From an uncultured Gemmatimonadales bacterium (GTDB lineage: Bacteria > Gemmatimonadota > Gemmatimonadetes > Longimicrobiales > RSA9), in NCBI GenBank assembly GCA_963798085.1, contig CAWCRS010000009.1, positions 256,001 through 320,000 of the forward strand: 64,000 nucleotides of DNA. Reading direction: 5' to 3'. Position numbers and translations under genes: made by a program. The notes beneath the pieces were generated by a model that saw only the letters and a program-made list of their open reading frames with translations, searched no databases and was not told where the DNA came from. Shown piece by piece: positions 30,983 to 40,846 of this stretch; position 1 is the stretch's first letter; each line of letters opens with the position of its first letter.

Positions 30983-31886
30983 TCCGCAGCCTGCTGCCGC
31001 CGCTGCTGGGCCTGGCCGGCGCGCCCCTGCTGCTTGGCACGATCAACAAGCTGAAGGCCGCGTTCGTGGGCCGCACGGGCGCACCCCTGACACAGCCGTA
31101 TCACGACCTGGCCCGCCTGCTGCGCAAAAATCTGGTGTACAGCAGCACGACGACGTGGCTGTTCCGCGCGCTTCCCGCAGTCTCGCTTGCGGCCGGCGTG
31201 GCTGTCGTGCTGCTCCTGCCGGCACTGGGACAGCGCCCGCCGTTTTCCTTCCCTGCCGACTTCCTGGTTCTGGCCGGTGCCCTGGCGCTGAGTCGCGCGA
31301 GCACGGTGTTAGCGGCGCTGGACACGGGATCGAGTTTCGAGGGCATGGGCGCCAGCCGCGAGCTGTTCATCGCCGCCCTGGCCGAGCCGGCGTTCTTCCT
31401 GGTGCTGCTGGTGCTGGTGACCCGGAGCGGGGAGCTGTCATGGCGGGCATGCTGGGTCCGGCGCTGACCGCGCACGGGTCAGGCGAGGCTGCCGCTCTGC
31501 TGCTGGCGGGCGGGGCCTTGCTGCTGCTGCTGCTCGCCGAGAACTCGCGTGTGCCGGTCGATGATCCGACGACGCATCTCGAGCTGACCATGATTCACGA
31601 AGTCATGGTACTGGACCATGCCGGGCCCGATCTGGCGTTCATCCTGTACGGCGCCATGCTCAAGTTGTGGCTGTTCGCGGCGCTGCTGGTCGATCTCGCG
31701 CTTCCGGTGGGCGGCCTGCCCGCGCTGCCTGGCGCGCTGCTCTTCCTGGCGGGCATGGCGCTCAGCGCGCTGCTGGTGGCGCTGGTGGAGTCGAGCATGG
31801 CACGACTGCGGCTGGCGCGCGTGCCCCAGCTCCTGATCGCGGCATCCGTGCTGGCCGCGTTCTCCCTCCTGCTATCGGCGAGTTAG
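30976..31886 (+). CDS. hyfC: Ehr/hydrogenase-4 NuoH-like subunit (HyfC), -1 frameshift at ~31440
   Basis: QPYHDLARLLRK and DTGSSFEGMGASRE in one frame; AENSRVPVDDPTTHLELTMIHEVMVLDH in the next. Confidence 0.88.
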
Positions 31887-31887
31887 C

Positions 31888-32532
31888 ATGCAGCCGCTGC
31901 TGGAGACCCTGCTCATCGGCATTGTGCTGGTGAACCTGTCCATCCTGGGGTCGAGCCGGCTGGCCGGCTGCATCCGGCTGGTGGCGGTGCAGGGGGTGCT
32001 GGCCGGGCTGCTGCCCGCACTGCTGGGCACCACCGCGAGCGGCGCACGCGCCTTTGTCATGGTCGTGGTGGCCATGGGCGTGAAGGGGTTTCTGATGCCG
32101 TGGCTGCTGACGCGCGCGATCCGCGAAGCCAACGTACGCCGCGAGGTGGAGCCGTTCGTCGGTTTCAGCGCGTCCGTCGTGCTGGGAGCGCTGCTCACCG
32201 CCGCCGGGTTCGCGCTGGCCGCGCAGCTGCCACACCAGGGACCGGTGCAGGCGCCGCTCCTGGTGCCGGTGGCGTTCGCCACGCTGCTGAATGGCGCGCT
32301 GCTGATGGTGACACGGCGCAAGGCGATCATGCAGGTGCTGGGTTACCTGGTGCTGGAGAACGGCATCTTCCTGTTCGGCCAGAGCCTGGCGACGGAACTG
32401 CCCACACCCGTCGAGCTGGGCATCCTGCTCGACCTGCTGGTGGGCGTGTTCGTGATGGGCATCGCCATCTTCCGCATCAACCGCGAGTTCGACAGCACGG
32501 CCGTGCACCACCTGGCGGAGCTGAAGGACTGA
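31888..32532 (+). CDS. hyfE: Ehr/hydrogenase-4 HyfE-like membrane subunit
   Basis: RRKAIMQVLGYLVLENGIFLFG and VELGILLDLLVGV; operon position. Confidence 0.88.
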   Translation: MQPLLETLLIGIVLVNLSILGSSRLAGCIRLVAVQGVLAGLLPALLGTTASGARAFVMVVVAMGVKGFLMPWLLTRAIREANVRREVEPFVGFSASVVLGALLTAAGFALAAQLPHQGPVQAPLLVPVAFATLLNGALLMVTRRKAIMQVLGYLVLENGIFLFGQSLATELPTPVELGILLDLLVGVFVMGIAIFRINREFDSTAVHHLAELKD

Positions 32533-33968
32533 TGCTGCCGGCGCTCGTGCTGCTTCCCGCGCTGGCGGGCGTGCTCGCGTTCTTCGCGCGCTCGGCCCGG
32601 GTGCGCGCCAACACGCTGCTGGGCGGTGCCCTCACGCACGCCCTGCTGACCGCCGTAGTGGCGTGGCGGCGGCCAGGACCAATGCTGGGCGGCTGGCTGC
32701 AGCTGGACGCGATCGGCCTGCTGTTCCTGGCCATTGTGAGCGTGTTGTTCCTCGTGGTGGTGCTGTACCTGGGCGTGCGGCGCACGCCGGACGAGCAAAG
32801 GCCGGAGCGCACGTTCGCGGCCTGCCTGCTGTGGTTCGCCGCATCCATGTCCCTGGTGACCATCAGCCATCATCTCGGTCTGCTCTGGGCGGCAGTGGAG
32901 GCGACGACACTCGCCAGTGCTCCGCTCATTTATCACCATCACAGCCGCCGCTCGCTCGAGGCGGCGTGGAAGTATCTGCTGATCTGCTCCGTCGGTATCG
33001 CGCTGGCACTCATGGGCACGTTCCTGCTGGCTCTGTCGGCGGCGGGCGGCGCCGTGCCGCACGGCGATCCGCTGCTGCTCCAGCGTCTGGTCGCCGCGGG
33101 ACCTCGCCTGGATGGACCCGTGCTGCGCGCCGCGTTCGTGTTCCTGCTGGTCGGCTACGGCACCAAGATGGGACTCGCGCCGCTGCACACGTGGCTGCCC
33201 GATGCGCACAGTGAAGCGCCATCGCCGGCATCGGCGCTGCTCTCGGGGGCACTCCTGAATTGCGCGTTCCTGGCACTGCTGCGCGGCTGGCAGGTCGTGG
33301 CCGCCGCCGGCATGCAGGCGTTTGCCGCGCGCTGGCTCGTGCTCTTCGGCCTGCTCTCCATGGCGCTGGCCGGCGCGCTCATCCTGGGACAGCGCGACTA
33401 CAAGCGCATGCTCGCCTACTCGAGCGTCGAGCACATCGGCATCCTGGCGCTGGGTCTGGGAGCGGGGGGTGGCGCCGCGTTCGGCGTGCTGCTGCACGCG
33501 CTGAATCACTCGCTGGCCAAGGGCCTGCTGTTCCTGACCGCGGGCAACATCCTGCTTGCCTATGACACGAAAAGCAGCCGCAATGTGCGCGGTGTGCTGT
33601 CCGCCCGTCCGCTGACCGGCGTGCTCTGGCTGGCGGGATTCCTCGCCATCGCGGGCATGCCGCCATTCGGCCTGTTCCTCAGCGAATTCAGCATCCTGCG
33701 CGCACTGCTGGACCAGCAGCGCTTCCTCGTGGCCACGCTGTTCCTGGCACTGCTCGCCGTGGTGTTCGCGGGGCTGTCCTCCATCATGCTGCGCATGGCA
33801 CAGGGAAAGCCTTCCGAGGTCGTGCCGGTGCCCGGCCGGGAGCGCTGGAACACGCTGTTATCACCCGCGCTGCTGGCCGTCGCCGTCCTGCTGCTTGGCC
33901 TGTACCTGCCACCCCAGCTCGACCGGCTGCTGCACGACGCCGCCGCCATCCTGCAGGCAGCGCCATGA
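32532..33968 (+). CDS. hyfF: Ehr/hydrogenase-4 antiporter-like subunit (HyfF)
   Basis: Motifs WAAVEATTLAS, SLEAAWKYLLICSVG, GYGTKMGLAPLHTWLPDAHSEAP and KRMLAYSSVEH. Confidence 0.9.
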   Translation: MLPALVLLPALAGVLAFFARSARVRANTLLGGALTHALLTAVVAWRRPGPMLGGWLQLDAIGLLFLAIVSVLFLVVVLYLGVRRTPDEQRPERTFAACLLWFAASMSLVTISHHLGLLWAAVEATTLASAPLIYHHHSRRSLEAAWKYLLICSVGIALALMGTFLLALSAAGGAVPHGDPLLLQRLVAAGPRLDGPVLRAAFVFLLVGYGTKMGLAPLHTWLPDAHSEAPSPASALLSGALLNCAFLALLRGWQVVAAAGMQAFAARWLVLFGLLSMALAGALILGQRDYKRMLAYSSVEHIGILALGLGAGGGAAFGVLLHALNHSLAKGLLFLTAGNILLAYDTKSSRNVRGVLSARPLTGVLWLAGFLAIAGMPPFGLFLSEFSILRALLDQQRFLVATLFLALLAVVFAGLSSIMLRMAQGKPSEVVPVPGRERWNTLLSPALLAVAVLLLGLYLPPQLDRLLHDAAAILQAAP

Positions 33969-35499
33969 GCACCCGCCGCACGCTCCGGCTGCACAACGGT
34001 CAGGCGTTCGATACCGCCCTGCTGCCCGAACTGTCGATCGCCGAATTCACCGGGTTCGTGACCAGCCGTTGTCGCGAAGGCGAAAGGCTGGTGACGCTCT
34101 TCGGCTGGCAGGAACCCGATCCCGCGAACGACCGGGCGCGCACCCGGCTCGCCGTGGTGCTGGCCAGCGATCAGAGCGGACAGCTGGAAGTGCTGTGCTG
34201 CACGGTTGCAGGGCATCAGTACACATCGCTCACGCCCGACGTGGCCGCAGCCGCACGCTTCGAGCGCGAGATCCGCGAGCAGCTGGGCATCGTGCCAGTG
34301 GACCACCCCTGGCTCAAACCACTGCGCAGCCAGCCACCGCTATATCCCGGTCTCCGGCCCCTGCACAATGCGGCGGTCGAGATCGGCGTCGACTATCCCT
34401 TCTTCCGCATGGAAGGCGAGGCAATACACGAGGTCGCGGTAGGCCCGGTGCACGCGGGCATCATCGAGCCCGGACACTTCCGCTTCCAGTGCTACGGCGA
34501 GCGCGTGTTCCACCTCGAGATAATGCTGGGTTATCAGCACCGCGGCATCGAGCGCGCACTGCTGGGCGGTCCGCAGCGCAATTCCGCCGTGCAGATCGAG
34601 GAGCTGGCCGGCGACACCACCGTGGGCCACAGCATGGCGTGGGCCCAGGCGCTGGAAGCGCTGGCCGCGTGCGACGTGCCCCTGCGCGCCCAGGCGCTGC
34701 GCGCGCTCGCGCTCGAACTCGAGCGCCTGGCCAACCACACCGGTGACATCGGCGCACTCGCCGGCAATGTCGCGTTCCTGCCCACGGCGGCCTACTGCGG
34801 GCGCATTCGCGGCAGTTTCCTCAACATGACGGCGCTGCTGTGCGGGAACCGTTTCGGTCGCGGCTTCATCCGGCCCGGCGGCGTCGCCTTCGATATCGAT
34901 GGCGGAGATGTGCTGCAGCTGCAGGCTGCGCTCAATGCGGCGAGCCACGATCTGCACATTGCCGTCGAGCTGTTCTTCGAGACCGGATCGGTCGTCGACC
35001 GGCTCGAAGGCACCGGACCGGTGACGCCCGAGCTGTGTCAGGAGCTGGGTGTCGTGGGTCCGGCCGCCCGCGCCTGCGGCATCGCCCGCGACGTGCGCCA
35101 CGACCACGCCCACGGCATGTACCGCCTGGCGCACATTCCCACCGCCACCGTGGAAGGCGGTGACGTGTACGCGCGTGCCATGGTGCGCTGGCTGGAGATG
35201 CAGCGCTCGCTGGCATTCATTCGCGAGCTGCTCGCGGGCTTGCCACCCGGACCGTCCAGCGTGCCCATGCCGGGTCTGCTGCCCAATCTGGGCACCATTT
35301 CCCTTGTCGAAGCCTGGCGCGGTGAGATCGCGCACATCGCCATGACCAATGCACACGGCCGCTTTCTGCGCTACAAGATCACCGACCCCTCGTTTCACAA
35401 CTGGCCGGCACTCGAAATCGCAATGCGCGGCCAGCAGATTCGGACTTTCCGCTCTGCAACAAGAGCTTCAATCTTTCCTATTCGGGGGCGGATCTTTGA
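33965..35499 (+). CDS. hyfG: Ehr large subunit (NuoC/D-HyfG-like, no Ni-binding CxxC), -1 frameshift at ~35440
   Basis: VGPVHAGIIEPGHFRF, YQHRGIE, ELERLANH and DPSFHNW. The shifted frame gives the canonical end SDFPLCNKSFNLSYSGADL*. Confidence 0.88.
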
Positions 35500-35509
35500 A
35501 TGCGGAATG

Positions 35510-36350
35510 CGTTGGAGTTGCTGAGGCTGGGGCTGGGGCTCGGGCTGGGGACGAATTGAAATGCGTTGCCTGGGGGCTGGTTGCTGGGGCTGGTTGCTCG
35601 GGAACGGCAGCAACGGATACAGCGTGCAGCTGCCCTGGTAGGGCTGGCACGGGGGACGGACTGCATGCGTTTGCGGCGGCTGGTTGCTCCACGGCATCAA
35701 CGGAAACCGCCCGCACGGAGTTGTTCGGGATGCTGTCTGGGAATGGCGCGGCAGGCTGCCGCCGTCTACGCCATCGACGTTCGCACGAAGCGGCGACCAG
35801 AGCCATGCTGCCCATGGAAAGCACTGGATTGAGGCTCGACAGCAGCGGGTGGTCTTGCGACAGGCGCCGGGCCGCGGGGTGGGACCGGGGCGGAAATCGA
35901 GACGCGTCGCGGGCGAAGGGTGGGACAACATTGGCTTGCACTGCAGGGCCGTTGCCCGGGAGCACCCGGGAACATCGTGGAGGTGGCGGACGCGACCTGC
36001 GCACGCCTGCACCGAATTCTGTGTTAGTACGATGATCGAGGTTCAGGCCGTGGATCGGTGGCCCGCGCACGCCGGGCAGACCCTGAACGCGTCGAGGGGG
36101 AACCGTTTGAGAAAGGTCGAACCGCGGCGCCGGTTTTCTTCCGTCGGGGCGCGACAGCGCGTGCGCGACACCCGCCTCACGGCAGCCGTGCGCAATCGTG
36201 CAGAGGGCGCGGGAGCCGCGCTGTTTCCCAGCCCCGGTCCCGAGGTCAGCCCCGGCCCCGGCGCCAGTGCCAGCCCCAGCCCGGGGCAGGCCGTCCAGTC
36301 CGTCTTGCCATACCCGGGCAACCAGCCCCGGCAACGAGTTCCAGCAACGA
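35510..36350. mobile_element. Family A element (~0.8 kb, non-coding) between the Ehr large and small subunit genes
   Basis: ~85-bp imperfect inverted arms (~35565-35650 and ~36267-36349). The right arm contains a 26-nt exact reverse-complement match to 2989-3014. Confidence 0.7.
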
Positions 36351-36360
36351 CGCCGGCTCC

Positions 36361-37128
36361 ATGTTAGAGATTCTGCGGGCTCGTCTCGACCAGGGGCATC
36401 GCACGATCCGGTTTCCGCCCGAGGATGCCGGGCTGCCGGAGCGCTACCGGGGCAGGCCGGTGATCGGCGAGGGGCCGTGCCCGGACGGCTGCGACGAGTG
36501 CCGTGAGGCCTGTCCGACCGAAGCGATCGTGATCGAAGGCGGAGGCGTTCAGCTCGACCTGGGTCGCTGCGTCTTCTGCGGCGCATGCGAGGCCGCATGT
36601 CCGGCAGGGGTCATCACGTTTGGCCAGGACTATCGCATGGCAACACGCACGCGCCAGGATCTCGTCGTGCGCGCAGACGCCGAATACCCGCTCGCAATGG
36701 AACTCGACAAGCATATGCGTCGCCTCTTCGGACGCTCACTCAAGCTGCGACAGGTCTCGGCGGGCGGCTCCGGGGCCGAAGAAGCAGACTGCAACGTGCT
36801 GAACACCGTCGTATTCGACCTCGCTCGCTTCGGCATCCAGTTCGTCGCCTCGCCTCGCCACGCTGACGGACTGCTGGTCACCGGACCCGTCTCGCGCAAT
36901 ATGCGCCGCGCGCTCGAGCTGACCTGGGAAGCGCTGCCTTCACCCCGCCTGGTCATCGCGGTGGGCGCCTCCGCGATCAGTGGCGGTCCCTGGCGCGGCC
37001 AGCCCGCTGTCCTCGACGGCGTCAGCGCCATTCTGCCTGTCGATCTCTACATTCCGGGTTTTCCGCCACATCCTCTTACGATCCTCAATGGGCTTCTTCG
37101 GCTTCTCTCTCACCGCGGAGTGCGCTGA
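36361..37128 (+). CDS. hyfI: Ehr small subunit: 2x[4Fe-4S] ferredoxin fused to a NuoB/HyfI-like domain lacking its cluster cysteines
   Basis: Ferredoxin motifs CPDGCDECREACP and CVFCGACEAACP; SLKLRQVSAGG, FVASPRHADGLLVTGP and VDLYIPG.PPHP. Confidence 0.88.
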   Translation: MLEILRARLDQGHRTIRFPPEDAGLPERYRGRPVIGEGPCPDGCDECREACPTEAIVIEGGGVQLDLGRCVFCGACEAACPAGVITFGQDYRMATRTRQDLVVRADAEYPLAMELDKHMRRLFGRSLKLRQVSAGGSGAEEADCNVLNTVVFDLARFGIQFVASPRHADGLLVTGPVSRNMRRALELTWEALPSPRLVIAVGASAISGGPWRGQPAVLDGVSAILPVDLYIPGFPPHPLTILNGLLRLLSHRGVR

Positions 37129-37230
37129 GGGCGCAGAGAGCGGCTCCGGAGAGATCAGGCCGGGGGCGGGAACAGATTCTGTTGATCTGGTTTCACCCGG
37201 AGGCCGGTGAGGACGCGGAGGATGCAGGGC
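37105..37230 (+). repeat. Family C intergenic repeat (copy 2)
   Basis: ctctctcaccgcggagtgcgctgagggcgcagag ... ctggtttcacccggagg. It supplies the TGA of the small-subunit gene. Confidence 0.55.
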
Positions 37231-37684
37231 CACTCTGGTGTTTGTGTCTGGTTCTTTCAGCATGTCACCAGAGGTCAATGTCTTTTCTTTCGCATTTGGC
37301 AGAGGCCGATCTCATGCTTGGACGTTGGTGTGCTCGGTCACGGGCGCGCGAAGTCAACGGCGTCCACGCGCGAGCCTGCGCAACGCGGATGCGCTGACGC
37401 TCGAGCTATCGCTGGGGAGTGCGGCGCGTTGCGGTGCGGGCCGGGCCGCGCGGATGAAGGTGTGATCGTGTTAAGGCACTGTTAAATGGTCGCGCACGGA
37501 GCCGCCAATGGTGGCAGCGCGCTCGACCCTCTCGCCTCACGTGGGCGTCTGCGCGTGACGGGAGGCTTGACGCTCAGACTTCAGGCAGGGACATTTCTGC
37601 TGCACCGCGTCAGACAGGGCAGGCTGCTGCGCTGCAGCACTGCCGCACGGTCACCGTCAATCGAGCTGAGAGAGTCGCCAGGGC

Positions 37685-38503
37685 ATGCCGCTCTTCATGG
37701 ACCGTCACGATATTCGCAATGCAACGGCCGAGGCTGTTGCCGCGGCGCACCAGCGGGATCTCATCGTCCAGGCGAGCCATGCGTGCAAAGCTCTCACCTA
37801 CTGGTTCGATGAGGACCGCGGGACGGCTTTCTGCCTCATTGAAGGACCTACCGAAGCAGCCGTTCGTGCCATGCACCGCGAAGCGCACGGCCTCATTCCC
37901 AACGTCGTCGTGGAAGTCGATCCCGCGGCTGTTGCCGGCTTCCTGGGACGCGTCACTGATCCCAATGACGCAGTGGCGAACCCGATCCGCGAGGCAGGGT
38001 TCCGGGCACTGATGTTCACCGACATGGTGAACTCCACACTGATCACGAACACACTCGGCGACGACAGGGCACAATCGGTTCTGGCGAAGCACAATGAGAT
38101 TGTGCGGAGGACGCTGCTGAGCCACGGCGGGCGCGAAATCGACCGGGCCGGTGACGGCTTCCTGATATCCTTTTCGTCCGCCGCGCAAGCCGTGGCGTGT
38201 GCCGTGTCAATGCAGCGTGCGTTCCAGGACTACAATGCCGATGCCGCCCGTCCCGCCGACATCCAGGTGCGCATTGCGCTGGGGGCGGGCGAACCGATCG
38301 CCGACGGAGAATCGCTGTTTGGTTCCGTGGTCAACCTGACCGCGCGCATCTGCGCTCACGCTGGCGCGGGCGAGATCCTGGCTACACGCGTCGTCCGCGA
38401 TCTCTGCACCGGCAAGCCGTTCACCTTCCTGCCAGCCGGCGCTCTGGAACTCAAGGGTTTCGCCGATCCGATCGAAGTGCACCGCGTCGACTGGACCGCC
38501 TGA
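37685..38503 (+). CDS. DUF4242 (SCO4226-like) domain fused to class III nucleotidyl cyclase
   Basis: MPLFMDRH..AVAAAH..D..YWFDE..FCL..H..AHG; cyclase motifs FTDMVNST, AGDGF, FGSVVNLTARI and LKGF. Confidence 0.88.
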   Translation: MPLFMDRHDIRNATAEAVAAAHQRDLIVQASHACKALTYWFDEDRGTAFCLIEGPTEAAVRAMHREAHGLIPNVVVEVDPAAVAGFLGRVTDPNDAVANPIREAGFRALMFTDMVNSTLITNTLGDDRAQSVLAKHNEIVRRTLLSHGGREIDRAGDGFLISFSSAAQAVACAVSMQRAFQDYNADAARPADIQVRIALGAGEPIADGESLFGSVVNLTARICAHAGAGEILATRVVRDLCTGKPFTFLPAGALELKGFADPIEVHRVDWTA

Positions 38504-38704
38504 TCCAGACCATCCGCTGAGCATCGCGCTACGGCACGATGATCCCACGGCGGGCGAAGTCACTCCCGGAGTCAGCGGTGAGGCGTTCGCGCCCCGCCGG
38601 AGCCGCCGGCACCACGCGCTTCGCCGCCCCATGAACGCCAGCTCGTGGTCAAGCACCGACCACATCAGGAGCCGCAACCCGCATTGAGCAATTAGTCCGC
38701 CCGC

Positions 38705-38838
38705 CCGGACCGTCCTGGCATTCTCGCGTTCCGGCCGCGTGCGCTATCGAAGCATGCGGCTTCGCGCCGCAAACGGCGTGTTACAGGACACACGCATGGC
38801 GGTACCGGCCACAACCCAAGATTTCAAAGACGGTCCGG
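38705..38838. mobile_element. Family B element, shorter degenerate copy (134 bp)
   Basis: ccggaccgtcctggcattctcgcgtt ... ggccacaacccaagatttcaaagacggtccgg matches both ends of 23564-23824. Confidence 0.65.
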
Positions 38839-38842
38839 CGAT

Positions 38843-39985
38843 TCAGTCGAGGAGCGCCACGCTCTTGACGCGTGCGTACACGTCCAGGCCCGCGGTGATG
38901 CCGAGGCGCTGGCAGGAGTGGCGGGTGATGAGAGCGAGCAGGCCGGGTTCGCGGCTGGCGCCGGTCATGCGCACCAGGACTTCGCCGGGTAAGGTCTCGC
39001 GCAGCTCGGCGACGCGCACCGAGAACTGATTCATGATCGTCGTGAGGGGCTCCGTCGCGAGACTGAGCGACACGTCGCTGGCTTCGATCTGGAGGCGGAC
39101 GCGGCGGCCCGGCTCCCGCTGCTGCCGGCGCACCCAGACGGGACCCCACGGGCCGTCCAGCAGGGTGAGCGCGTTTGCCTCGTCGTGTTCGCGCACCACC
39201 GCGTCCACGACGACCGCCGCCTGGTCTCCCCGCGCCTGCGCGAAGTCCAGCTGTCCGATCACGGAGCCCGTCGGACCGGCAGCACGCACGCGTCCATCGA
39301 CCAGCCAGATCATGTGATCCGCGAGCCGGCCCACCTCGGCCAGCGCATGACTGACATAAATGATGGGAATGGACAATCGCTCCGGCAGCCGCTGCAGGTA
39401 GGGCAGTATCTCGAGGCGGCTGCTTTCATCGGTTGCGGAGAGCGGCTCATCCATGAGCAGCAGCCGCGGGCTCGCGAGCAGGGCACGCGTGATGGCCACA
39501 CGCTGGCGTTCGCCACCGGAAAGCCCGGCGGGAGAACGCGACAGCAGCGGCTCGACTCCGAGCCATTCCACCGCATCATCCCAGGCTATGCAATGCGCGG
39601 GCGCGCGGCGCCACGCGTAACGCAGATTGCCCCGCACGTCGAGGTGCGCGAACAGGTCGGCTTCCTGGAAGACGTAACCCACCGAGCGGCGGTGCGCGGG
39701 CAGAAAGCGGTTGTCCTCGGTATCCTGCCACACCTCGTCGCCGACTCGGAGGAACCCATCCGCGACGCGTTCCAGGCCCGCGATGCAGCGCAGCAGTGTG
39801 GTTTTGCCCGCGCCCGACGGTCCAAACAATCCGGTTACACCACGCGCCGGACAACCCAGTGTCGCATCCAGCTCGAAGCGACCTCTCGCCAGACGGAATC
39901 TCGCCTCGAGACCGCTGCGGCCGGCCGCGCCGCCATCGGGCGAGGACGAAGACGTGACGGGCATCGTCGCCTGATCCCCACTCAC
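38843..39985 (-). CDS. modC: Molybdate ABC transporter ATP-binding subunit
   Basis: GPSGAGKT, LSGGERQR, LLMDEP and a C-terminal TOBE/Mop domain (VYARVKSVAL). Confidence 0.93.
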   Translation of the reverse strand: MSGDQATMPVTSSSSPDGGAAGRSGLEARFRLARGRFELDATLGCPARGVTGLFGPSGAGKTTLLRCIAGLERVADGFLRVGDEVWQDTEDNRFLPAHRRSVGYVFQEADLFAHLDVRGNLRYAWRRAPAHCIAWDDAVEWLGVEPLLSRSPAGLSGGERQRVAITRALLASPRLLLMDEPLSATDESSRLEILPYLQRLPERLSIPIIYVSHALAEVGRLADHMIWLVDGRVRAAGPTGSVIGQLDFAQARGDQAAVVVDAVVREHDEANALTLLDGPWGPVWVRRQQREPGRRVRLQIEASDVSLSLATEPLTTIMNQFSVRVAELRETLPGEVLVRMTGASREPGLLALITRHSCQRLGITAGLDVYARVKSVALLD

Positions 39986-40671
39986 AGACGAGGCGCCTCG
40001 AAGCGCCGGCCGCCCAGCGCGTACACCACCAGCAGCACGAGGAAGGAAAACAGCAGCAGGCCCGCCGCCAGCGTGTGTGCCTGTCCATAGCGCACGGCCT
40101 CGACATCGTTGTACAGCGCAATGGAGACCACCTGTGTGCGACCCGGTATGTTGCCGCCCAGCATCAGCACCACGCCGAACTCGCCCATGGTATGAGCGAA
40201 GGCCAGCACCGCGGCCGTGAAGAAACCGGGTCTCGCCTGCGGCAATGCGACCGAGAAGAAGCGATCGAGCGGGGAGGCGCGCAGTGTCGCCGCCACTTCG
40301 AGCGGGCGACTGCCGATTGCGAGAAACGAATTCTGCAGGGGCTGCACGACGAAAGGCAGGGAATAGAGCACGGAGCCGATCACCAGGCCGCTGAACGAGA
40401 ACACCAGCCGGTCACCGCCCAATCGTTCCCAGACGCTGCCCACAGGGCCGGCCGGGCCTAACAGCACCAGCAGATAGAACCCGAGCAGCGTGGGCGGCAG
40501 CACCAGGGGCAGCGCGCATAGCGCCTCGATCACGGCACGCGCCCGGGTCCGCGTGCGCGCCAGCCACCAGGCCAGTGGCGTGCCCAGCACCAGCAGCACG
40601 GCCGTCGTCACGGACGCGAGCTTGACGCTCACGATGACGGCGCGCAGGTCGGCCGGATCAAAGGCGATCAT
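39982..40671 (-). CDS. modB: Molybdate ABC transporter permease
   Basis: LPLVLPPTLLGFYLL, YSLPFVVQPL and FAHTMGEFGVVLMLGGNIPG. Confidence 0.95.
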   Translation of the reverse strand: MIAFDPADLRAVIVSVKLASVTTAVLLVLGTPLAWWLARTRTRARAVIEALCALPLVLPPTLLGFYLLVLLGPAGPVGSVWERLGGDRLVFSFSGLVIGSVLYSLPFVVQPLQNSFLAIGSRPLEVAATLRASPLDRFFSVALPQARPGFFTAAVLAFAHTMGEFGVVLMLGGNIPGRTQVVSIALYNDVEAVRYGQAHTLAAGLLLFSFLVLLVVYALGGRRFEAPRL

Positions 40672-40846
40672 GGGTGCGGTCGCCCGGCTGACAGTGTGTT
40701 ATGGAAGCCGCGGCGTGACGCTTCACGTGCCGATTCGACCTGGAAGGCTGCTTGCGGCGCCGGCGCGTCCGCGCCTGCTGTGGCTGCCGTGACGACCCAT
40801 TCGCCGGTTGCCGGGTCACGTGGCCTGGCTCTGCAGAACGCGTGCA

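Noticed and set aside
36075..36190. c-di-AMP (ydaO) riboswitch suggested by ctgaac...gggggaacc
   Set aside because: The downstream conserved GGGGTGAAT and CCGTCAGCTAAC blocks are absent.
33965..37128. Functional [NiFe] group 4 hydrogenase / formate hydrogenlyase
   Set aside because: Both Ni-binding CxxC motifs are missing and there are no maturation or fdh genes, so it is called Ehr instead.
37230..37684. Possible structured RNA between the Ehr operon and the cyclase gene
   Set aside because: There are only two modest hairpins (ctctggtg/caccagag, tggacg/cgtcca) with no terminator or recognisable motif, which is insufficient support.
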